NCBI RefSeq assembly: GCF_058153355.1
Contig: NZ_CM177019.1
Direction: 5' to 3' (one strand)
Length of the DNA: 64,000 nt
Shown: positions 36,239 to 43,924 of the stretch, piece after piece
Layout of the letters: each line of letters opens with the position of its first letter
Position numbering within the stretch: position 1 is the first letter of the stretch
The notes under the pieces: model-generated
The model's input: only the letters and a program-made list of their open reading frames with translations
What the model was told of the DNA's origin: nothing
Database searches by the model: none
Position numbers and translations under genes: made by a program

Positions 36239-36513
36239 GCGCTTCCCCCGCAAATTCATCATGCGATGATTTTCGCAGGGAAAACCTCGTCCGCACCCTG
36301 CCACTTTTTTGGGCAGGTGCAGACCACCTGTATGTCGTATTACTTAAAAGAAGAGAACATCGCTGACAATACCGGTATTAACTCCGAAATGAAGAGGGAA
36401 GAAGGCTCCGGCCATCTCCATGTGCGATTCTGGCTAGTAAAACATCATATTCCAGCTGCTCTTATCCGCCTACGTTATTGCATATACGGATAAGGCAGCC
36501 TCAATACGTACTT

Positions 36514-38067
36514 TTACTTGATATCTTTCACGCGCATACCGTTGATCTGTTCATCCGTGATGGTGTTACCCGCTTTAAAGTAATCAACCACCGCGTGATA
36601 AACGTAATAACCGCCCGTCGTATTGCGCGCTTTACCCTCGGTAAACGCGGTAAAACCATCTCCACCATCAGCAAGGAAACTCTGAGTGGCAATGTGGTAA
36701 ACCGTCGCATCTTCAATCGGTTTGCCATTCAAAGTCAGTGAGATAACCCGCTGACCAACCGGCTTGCTGCTGTCGTACTTCATTTCCAGGCCTTTCGATA
36801 CCTGTAAAACGCCATTACTTAAACTTGCGCCGTGTTCCATCAAACTGCGTAATTGTTTACCCGTGAGTTCCATCGTCACCAGTTCGTTGGGGAACGGGAA
36901 GGTACTGATGACGCCACCCATCGTAATTGCACCCGCCGGGATCTCATTGCGGATACCGCCAGAGTTGGTTAACGCCAACTGGGTATTTTTACCCGCCGCT
37001 GCCAGTAAAGCATCTGCCGCCAGGTTCCCGAGAGAAGCCGATTCACCATAGGCACGTTTTAGTTCAACCGGCGATTGCGCCACCGTTTGCTGCACGACTT
37101 CATCCAGCTTTTTATTCCAACTATCAATCACCTGTTTTGTTTGCGGATCGGGCTTCCACTCGTCGGCGTAAAGGGTTTTAAGCTCGAAGTTTTTCACCGT
37201 AAAAGTGTGCGGCTTCTCTTTGTAGTCCAGTACCAGTTTACCCACATCAATCCCACCGCTGTCAGTGGAGAGGATGAGCGTATTGCCGACTTTAATCGGT
37301 TCCGGCGTACCCACATGTGCATGCCCGGTGATCAAAATATCCAGCCCTTTCACCTGACTTGCCGTCTGAATATCTTTATCCAGTGCGCGGCGCACATCTG
37401 TGCCCCCCATACTGGACTGGCGGGCCGGAACACCTTCGTGAATCAGCGCAACGGTCAAATCAACCTTGCCTTTGAGTTCATCGATATAACGTTGTAGCCA
37501 TTTAATTTCATCACGCGCCTCAATACCCACTCGCGTTGCCGCAGATACCGTATCATTAAAGGCAAATACACCGTGCAAACCAATCACGCCAATTTTCACG
37601 CCGTCTTTTTCAATGATGGTATAGGGCTTATCCCAGAATGATTTACTGCTGTTCTGATAAAAAACATTACCCTGCACAATCGGGAATTTTGCCTGACTCA
37701 ACTGTAATAACGTATTGTCCCAGCCGTGATCAAATTCATGATTACCTATAGTGGCCGCATCGAACGGCATGGTATTCATAATATCGATAATCGCCTTGCC
37801 TTTAGTCAGGCTGCTGATATACGGCCCGGTAAAATAGTCACCCGCATCAAAAAACCAGGTCGCTTTGTTTTTAGCTTTTTCTTGTTTAACAAGCGTAGTG
37901 ATATTTGCCCAGCCGCCAATATCTCGTTTACCGTCAGCAATCCACGGCACTTTATAAGGCTCTACATGTGCATGGAGGTCGTTGGTATAAATGATGGTGA
38001 CATCTTTGGCGCAAGCCCAAAACGGCAGTGTTAATGCGATACCCGCAGCAAGCATTTTAATTTTCAT
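36514..38067 (-). CDS. secreted 5'-nucleotidase / metallophosphoesterase-family protein (UshA-like), paralog 1
   Basis: ORF 36514..38073; signal peptide [20 protein letters not shown]; calcineurin-like motifs NDLHAH, GDYFTG, GNHEFD, ITGHAHV and a C-terminal 5'-nucleotidase-type region; start trimmed to the ATG preceded by a purine-rich SD. Confidence 0.85.
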   Translation of the reverse strand: MKIKMLAAGIALTLPFWACAKDVTIIYTNDLHAHVEPYKVPWIADGKRDIGGWANITTLVKQEKAKNKATWFFDAGDYFTGPYISSLTKGKAIIDIMNTMPFDAATIGNHEFDHGWDNTLLQLSQAKFPIVQGNVFYQNSSKSFWDKPYTIIEKDGVKIGVIGLHGVFAFNDTVSAATRVGIEARDEIKWLQRYIDELKGKVDLTVALIHEGVPARQSSMGGTDVRRALDKDIQTASQVKGLDILITGHAHVGTPEPIKVGNTLILSTDSGGIDVGKLVLDYKEKPHTFTVKNFELKTLYADEWKPDPQTKQVIDSWNKKLDEVVQQTVAQSPVELKRAYGESASLGNLAADALLAAAGKNTQLALTNSGGIRNEIPAGAITMGGVISTFPFPNELVTMELTGKQLRSLMEHGASLSNGVLQVSKGLEMKYDSSKPVGQRVISLTLNGKPIEDATVYHIATQSFLADGGDGFTAFTEGKARNTTGGYYVYHAVVDYFKAGNTITDEQINGMRVKDIK

Positions 38068-38125
38068 AAACAATCCCTTCCAGTGAGATAAAGGATTGCT
38101 ACATTACGTTCTGAAAGGCTTTTTT

Positions 38126-38143
38126 ATGTGAGAATACTCACAT
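38126..38143. promoter_or_regulatory. 7-4-7 inverted repeat (candidate operator) in the divergent promoter region between the paralog-1 nucleotidase and the zinc-ribbon protein gene
   Basis: atgtgag-aata-ctcacat lies centrally in the 132-bp divergent intergenic region 38068..38199. Confidence 0.4.
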
Positions 38144-38199
38144 CCAGAGGCGATAACTGTAGGACAAAATCAACGACCTTATGAAATCGTTGGTGATAT

Positions 38200-39327
38200 A
38201 TGTCAAATCTGTTTGCGATTAATGTCTGTAAAACGTTCGGTTGTCGAAATTTGGGATTGGCCTCATCGGAAGATTACAGTTGGCCAGACTATAAACTGGG
38301 TTTTCCGGCACTGCACTGCCAGGCATGCGGAAGTTACCCCCCTTTGTTTGATGAACAACAATTTCGTGACTGGTTGTCAGTTCACATGACTGCGTGTGCC
38401 ATAGAAACAGGGCATTTTTGTCCATCATGCTATTGTAAAGAAAAGATTTTTTATGGCCACAACCCGCAGGGAACACAACGCGTTCAATGCCGTTCATGCA
38501 AAAAAGTCTGGACTCCGAAACAGCAGCCAGCAAGAGAAATTACGTATCCCCAGTCCATTGAAACCGTTCAACTGTTCATGCCCTTTCAAGGAGCCAGCGC
38601 AGTACAAAAGCTCTATGTTTTAGTCAGTCTTGACGCCACTCGTGGCAACATCCTTCATCTCTCCACGAATTATACGCAACATCAGACAGGAGACAGTCTG
38701 CGGTACAGTTACAGAGGCAATACAGAACCAACTGAGCACCATAGCGATATTGTGCAGAGGGTAGATATGCGTGAAGCGCAATTCTTGCGCCGGAGCCAGT
38801 TCGATGAAATTCAGTATGGCAGTGCTGTGCTCAAGCGCAACGGCAAGGGAGCCATACTACGCCCGGTTATCACGGCACACGGGCATTTCAGAATACTGAA
38901 AATCCGCTTTCCACATGTCAAAACGCATATCATTTCACACGAATGTTTTCTGAGAGGCGCAATTATTACAGCCTGGGCAGATCAGTTCCGCCAACAACAA
39001 GGCGAACTTTGGTTCGTAGAAGAAGAAATCAGCGACCGTAACGCTGATATTCCCTGGCATTTTCAGGGAACGACATACCATGGTTGGTGGCAAAATCAGT
39101 GGCAACGCTGGGGGCAGGGGAATAACAGCAAGATGGTCTGCCTGCTCACAGGAGTCTCCTTAGAAAGGGGCGCAAATGTTTCTCTGGCAACCAGTCGTTG
39201 CTTTATCACATGGCTGACAGACCAACACGACTTTACCCAAAGCGCGTTATTATCCGCAGGTCGCGTAACGAAAATGCTGACCTCACTGGCGTTAAAATAC
39301 AATGAATCGCTCAATCCATCTTGTTAG
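38200..39327 (+). CDS. hypothetical Cys-rich protein with N-terminal zinc-ribbon(s), possibly transposase-derived DNA-binding protein
   Basis: 375-aa ORF; Cys pairs CKTFGC...CQAC and CPSCYCKEK-x14-RVQCRSCKKVWT resemble the IS1 InsA / IS1595-type zinc ribbon (CPSC...QRYLCSHCRKTWQ); remainder not recognisable; no signal peptide. Confidence 0.45.
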   Translation: MSNLFAINVCKTFGCRNLGLASSEDYSWPDYKLGFPALHCQACGSYPPLFDEQQFRDWLSVHMTACAIETGHFCPSCYCKEKIFYGHNPQGTQRVQCRSCKKVWTPKQQPAREITYPQSIETVQLFMPFQGASAVQKLYVLVSLDATRGNILHLSTNYTQHQTGDSLRYSYRGNTEPTEHHSDIVQRVDMREAQFLRRSQFDEIQYGSAVLKRNGKGAILRPVITAHGHFRILKIRFPHVKTHIISHECFLRGAIITAWADQFRQQQGELWFVEEEISDRNADIPWHFQGTTYHGWWQNQWQRWGQGNNSKMVCLLTGVSLERGANVSLATSRCFITWLTDQHDFTQSALLSAGRVTKMLTSLALKYNESLNPSC

Positions 39328-39556
39328 TCAATACACTCGACAAACGACCATAAATTAATGGGATCACTATTTCTCATTTAATTAAATATATGAATGTATG
39401 ACTGAAAAATATAATCACAGTCAATGTTTAATTAATAACATTATTTGTTACTAAGATCACATAATACTTTCCTGACCTATGCTTACATAAAAATAAGACA
39501 CGGAGTTCCTTTTATTTAAATAATTCAACCAATGTAACAACCCCTATCAAGGAGGG

Positions 39557-41110
39557 ATGATGAGAACTGTATTTACGACTTTATCAGTCATATTCAGCGT
39601 GATGTTTTCTCACAGTATACTAGCTCAGGACGTTACTATTTATTATACGAATGATATTCACGCACATGTCAATCCGGCAAAAATTCCCGCTGTTGATAAG
39701 AACAGACTTGTAGGTGGTATGGCTAATATTGCAGGCATCGTTAATGAAGCGAAGAAAAAAAACAAAGATGTCTTTTTCTTTGATGCAGGCGACTATTTTA
39801 CCGGTCCGTATATCAGTACCCTGACCAAAGGTGAAGCTATTATTGATATCATGAACACCATGCCCTTTGATGCGGTATCCGTTGGTAATCACGAGTTCGA
39901 TCACGGCGTGCCCAATATGGTATCTCAGTTATCAAAAGCAAAATTCCCCATTCTGCTGGGAAATATTTACTACACCGATACAAATAAACCAGTTTGGGAT
40001 CATCCGTGGACCATTATCGAAAAAGATGGTTTAAAGATTGGTGTGATTGGATTGCATGGTGCATTCGCTTTCTATGATACAGTCGCGGCAAAAGCACGTG
40101 AAGGCGTAGAAGCCAGAGACGAAATTAAATATTTAAATAAAGCACTTGCAGAATTAAAAGGTAAAGTCGACATTACCGTTTTGCTAATTCACGAAGGTGT
40201 TCCGGCGCGTCAATCAAGCTTTGGTAGTAAAGATGTGGAGCGGCTACTACAGGCAGATATTGAGACAGCTAAAAAAGTGAATGGTGTTGATGTCTTAATT
40301 ACCGGTCACGCACATGTCGGAACACCGCAACCAATAAAAGTTAATAACACATTAATTGTATCTACCGATGCATACGGCACCGACATCGGAAAACTTGTGC
40401 TTGATTACAATCCGAAAACGAAGAAAATTGATAGTTATAATGGTGAGTTAATCACCATCTTCGCAGATCAATTTAAACCTGACACCATCGTTCAAAATAC
40501 TATCGATAAATGGAGTGCAAAGCTTAACAAAATAACACAGGAAGTTGTCGGCCATTCTCCCGTAGTTTTAACACGTGAGTATGGCAGTTCTTCTTCTACC
40601 GGTAACCTTATTCTTGATGCAATGATGGAAAAAACACCAGATGCCATTGCCGGATTTCAAAATAGCGGTGGGATGCGAGCTGATTTTCCTAAAGGTGATA
40701 TCACGCTGGGAGATGTTATTAGCACATTCCCCTTTAATAATGACCTCATCGAGATGGATTTGACGGGCCGCGATCTCAAATCGTTGATGACGCATGCAAC
40801 CAATCTAACTAACGGTGTGTTACAGGTTTCAAAAAGCGTTGCGGTTGTCTATGACAGCAAAAAACCACTGAACCAACGGTTAATCTCTTTCACCATTAAC
40901 GGCAAACCCGTGGAAGATAATCAAACATATCGTATTGTCACGCACTCCTTTTGTGCCAGTGGTGGTGACGGTTTTGAAGCATTTTTGAATGGAAAAAATG
41001 TGAAGACGATACCGGGAACAACCTCGGCGGAATCTATCATCGATTATTTCAAAAATCATAAACCTGTCACCCCAGACTTAACTAAACGAGTAATGGACGT
41101 CGCCAAATAA
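39557..41110 (+). CDS. secreted 5'-nucleotidase / metallophosphoesterase-family protein, paralog 2
   Basis: 517-aa ORF, AT-rich; signal peptide MMRTVFTTLSVIFSVMFSHSILA; same motif set (NDIHAH, GDYFTG, GNHEFD, ITGHAHV); collinear with paralogs 1 and 3. Confidence 0.85.
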   Translation: MMRTVFTTLSVIFSVMFSHSILAQDVTIYYTNDIHAHVNPAKIPAVDKNRLVGGMANIAGIVNEAKKKNKDVFFFDAGDYFTGPYISTLTKGEAIIDIMNTMPFDAVSVGNHEFDHGVPNMVSQLSKAKFPILLGNIYYTDTNKPVWDHPWTIIEKDGLKIGVIGLHGAFAFYDTVAAKAREGVEARDEIKYLNKALAELKGKVDITVLLIHEGVPARQSSFGSKDVERLLQADIETAKKVNGVDVLITGHAHVGTPQPIKVNNTLIVSTDAYGTDIGKLVLDYNPKTKKIDSYNGELITIFADQFKPDTIVQNTIDKWSAKLNKITQEVVGHSPVVLTREYGSSSSTGNLILDAMMEKTPDAIAGFQNSGGMRADFPKGDITLGDVISTFPFNNDLIEMDLTGRDLKSLMTHATNLTNGVLQVSKSVAVVYDSKKPLNQRLISFTINGKPVEDNQTYRIVTHSFCASGGDGFEAFLNGKNVKTIPGTTSAESIIDYFKNHKPVTPDLTKRVMDVAK

Positions 41111-41144
41111 AATATCATTTATCAGTCTATTTATTTAACAAGGA

Positions 41145-42770
41145 ATGCGAATGAAAACAGTGCAGCGTACTTTACTTGCCGCAACATTGCTGACTATTTT
41201 TTCGGTCTCAGCCATGGCGCAGGATGTCACGATTATTTATACCAATGATCTTCACGCTCATGTGGATTCTTATAAAGTGCCGTATATCGCAGACGGAAAA
41301 CGCGACATTGGCGGCTTTGCCAATATATCTACTTTAGTAAAACAAGAGAAAGCGAAAAATAAAGCCACCTTTTATTTTGATGCTGGAGACTATTTCACCG
41401 GCCCTTATATCAGCAGTCTGACAAAGGGCGAAGCAATAATTGACATTATGAATACCATGCCTTTTGACGCAGTATCAATCGGTAATCATGAGTTTGACCA
41501 TGGCTGGGATAATGCCCTGCGACAATTAAGCAAAGCGAATTTTCCTGTTTTATTGGGCAATGTTTATCATAAAGAGAGTGAGAAACCCTTCTGGAACAAG
41601 CCCTACACCATCCTGGAAAAAGATGGCATCAAGATTGGTATTATTGGGCTACACGGCGTATTTGCATTTAATGATACGGTCTCGGAGCTCTCTCTCCAGG
41701 GACTCGATAATGACAATAATAACCGCTTTGATAAATCTTCCGAGACCCTTAAGAATCAGGGGATTGAAGCACGTGATGAAGTGAAGTATTTGCAGCATTA
41801 TATCGACGAGTTACGTGATAAGGTTGACCTCACTGTGGCGCTGGTTCATGAAGGCGTTCCGGCGCGTCAGTCCAGCATTGGCATTACAGATGTTAGACGC
41901 GCTCTTGATAAAGATATTCAAACCGCTAGCAAGGTGAAAGGATTGGATATTCTGATTACCGGGCATGCCCACGTCGGAACGCCAGAACCAATCAAAGTCG
42001 GCAACACCTTAATCCTTTCAACTGATAGTGGCGGTATCGATATTGGTAAATTAGTCCTTGATGTCAACCCTACAGCTCGTACCCATAAAATGAAGAGCTT
42101 TGAGCTGAAAACAGTTTATGCCGATGAATGGATACCCGATCCAACGACACAAAAAGTTATCAATGGCTGGAATAAAAAACTGGCGGATATTGTACGCCAA
42201 CCAGTGGGTGAATCATCGATTGCATTAACTCGCGCCTATGGTGAGTCATCGCAACTAGGCAACCTGTTTACCGATGCAATGCTTGTCGCTGCTCCGACTG
42301 CACAGATTGCATTGATAAACTCCGGCAGCTTACGTGCGGATATAAATGCAGGCACGATTACCTTTGGCGACATTACCAGTACATTCCCCTTCAAGAATGA
42401 ACTTACTGAAATGGATCTCAGCGGTAAGGATCTGCGTAACCTACTGGAACACGGGGCATCGCTTACCAATGGCATCCTGCAAATGTCAAAAGGCGCAGAA
42501 ATGCGCTATACCCCGCAGAAACCAGTAGGTCAGCGCATAGTATCTTTTAAAATTAATGGTGAAGAGATCGTTGATACGAATATTTACCATGTTGCAACAA
42601 CGACTTTCCTTGCACTGGGGGGCGATGGTTTTCTGGCATTCAAAGAAGGGAAAAATGTTCAGGTCCGCGCCGGAAAAAACATGTCCGATGTCGTGATCGA
42701 TTATTTGAAGAAAGGCCACAAGATTACGCCTGCACAGGTAAATGAAATGCGGGTGGACGTTAGCAAATAA
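41145..42770 (+). CDS. secreted 5'-nucleotidase / metallophosphoesterase-family protein, paralog 3
   Basis: 541-aa ORF; signal peptide MRMKTVQRTLLAATLLTIFSVSAMA; highly similar to paralog 1 but with an extra Asp/Asn-rich insertion of about 25 aa (SELSLQGLDNDNNNRFDKSSETLKNQG). Confidence 0.85.
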   Translation: MRMKTVQRTLLAATLLTIFSVSAMAQDVTIIYTNDLHAHVDSYKVPYIADGKRDIGGFANISTLVKQEKAKNKATFYFDAGDYFTGPYISSLTKGEAIIDIMNTMPFDAVSIGNHEFDHGWDNALRQLSKANFPVLLGNVYHKESEKPFWNKPYTILEKDGIKIGIIGLHGVFAFNDTVSELSLQGLDNDNNNRFDKSSETLKNQGIEARDEVKYLQHYIDELRDKVDLTVALVHEGVPARQSSIGITDVRRALDKDIQTASKVKGLDILITGHAHVGTPEPIKVGNTLILSTDSGGIDIGKLVLDVNPTARTHKMKSFELKTVYADEWIPDPTTQKVINGWNKKLADIVRQPVGESSIALTRAYGESSQLGNLFTDAMLVAAPTAQIALINSGSLRADINAGTITFGDITSTFPFKNELTEMDLSGKDLRNLLEHGASLTNGILQMSKGAEMRYTPQKPVGQRIVSFKINGEEIVDTNIYHVATTTFLALGGDGFLAFKEGKNVQVRAGKNMSDVVIDYLKKGHKITPAQVNEMRVDVSK

Positions 42771-42792
42771 TAAAAAAATTATAATGCCATTC

Positions 42793-42826
42793 ATTCACTG
42801 AATGGCATTATTTTCTCTAAATCAAC
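42793..42826 (+). terminator. intrinsic terminator after nucleotidase paralog 3
   Basis: aatgccattcattcactgaatggcatt inverted repeat followed by attttctc. Confidence 0.65.
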
Positions 42827-42847
42827 AATAGATAATGAGATATATTT

Positions 42848-43708
42848 ATGTGTATAAAAAAGCACGGGATAGCTTTATCGATTCTATTAATACCTTGCAT
42901 TGGAAACGCTCAGGAAATTAAAAGTGAGGAAGGCTGGTTACATCAAAGCTTGAATGTCATTGGTCGCACAGACTCTCGCTTTGGCCCAAGGCTGACTAAC
43001 GACCTCTACCCTGAATATACTGTAGCAGGAAGAAAAGACTGGTTTGATTTTTATGGTTATGTTGATCTACCAAAATTCTTTGGCGTCGGCAGTCACTATG
43101 ATGTTGGGATCTGGGATGAGGGCTCACCACTATTTACGGAAATAGAACCTCGGTTTTCCATTGACAAATTGACCGGATTAAATCTTGCGTTCGGCCCTTT
43201 TAAAGAATGGTTCATTGCAAACAACTATGTCTATGATATGGGTGACAACCAGTCATCCCGGCAAAGTACATGGTATATGGGGCTTGGTACAGATATCGAC
43301 ACGGGTCTACCAATTAAGCTTTCTGCCAATATATACGCCAAGTATCAGTGGCAAAACTATGGTGCCGCTAATGAAAATGAATGGGACGGATATCGATTCA
43401 AAATAAAATATAGCATTCCTCTTACCCATTTATTCGGAGGGCGATTGGTATACAATAGTTTTACTAACTTTGATTTTGGATCCGATCTTGCGGACAAATC
43501 ACACAATAATAAACGAACCAGTAATGCTATTGCTTCAAGCCATATCCTTTCCCTGCTATATGAACACTGGAAATTTGCATTTACACTACGTTATTTTCAC
43601 AACGGTGGACAATGGAATGCTGGGGAGAAAGTTAACTTCGGAGATGGTCCATTTGAATTAAAAAACACAGGATGGGGAACCTATACTACTATTGGTTATC
43701 AATTTTAA
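42848..43708 (+). CDS. Tsx-family outer-membrane nucleoside-specific channel protein (paralog of tsx)
   Basis: 286-aa ORF, AT-rich; signal peptide then blocks matching E. coli Tsx from memory ([97 protein letters not shown]) and a C-terminal aromatic residue. Confidence 0.85.
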   Translation: MCIKKHGIALSILLIPCIGNAQEIKSEEGWLHQSLNVIGRTDSRFGPRLTNDLYPEYTVAGRKDWFDFYGYVDLPKFFGVGSHYDVGIWDEGSPLFTEIEPRFSIDKLTGLNLAFGPFKEWFIANNYVYDMGDNQSSRQSTWYMGLGTDIDTGLPIKLSANIYAKYQWQNYGAANENEWDGYRFKIKYSIPLTHLFGGRLVYNSFTNFDFGSDLADKSHNNKRTSNAIASSHILSLLYEHWKFAFTLRYFHNGGQWNAGEKVNFGDGPFELKNTGWGTYTTIGYQF

Positions 43709-43854
43709 ATCAGGTGATGTTTTAGATATTTTTACTTAATGCCATTTTGTAATTGTCATAAATAACTTCACCATTCACACTGTGAATTCATCGCTCAACA
43801 CAAAAGCCCCCTTATTACCGGGGCACTGACCAAAGGCAAAATGACAATCAATCA

Positions 43855-43876
43855 CCACCTCCGCAGGAGGTGGTTT
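43855..43876 (+). terminator. terminator hairpin after the Tsx-like gene
   Basis: ccacctccgcaggaggtgg followed by ttt. Confidence 0.5.
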
Positions 43877-43887
43877 AGAGGTGACAA

Positions 43888-43914
43888 CAAAAGCTGGCAA
43901 CTGCCAGCTTTTGT
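43888..43914 (-). terminator. terminator hairpin immediately downstream of metL
   Basis: aaaagctggcaactgccagctttt palindrome flanked by A/T runs, directly 3' of the metL stop on the minus strand. Confidence 0.6.
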
Positions 43915-43924
43915 TCAATAATCA

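Larger units (their letters stand above)
31260..43880. other. accessory genomic island between metF and metL (approximate limits)
   Basis: Nine ORFs between genes that are adjacent in the K-12 arrangement as I recall it; by-eye base composition differs sharply between island genes; no integrase, transposase or tRNA. Confidence 0.75.

Noticed and set aside
38200-39327. Cys-rich ORF considered as an active insertion sequence to be annotated as a mobile element
   Set aside because: Only the N-terminal zinc-ribbon resembles IS1/IS1595 transposases; I could not recognise a DDE catalytic core or terminal inverted repeats, so it is reported as a CDS of unknown function with a transposase-derived hypothesis.
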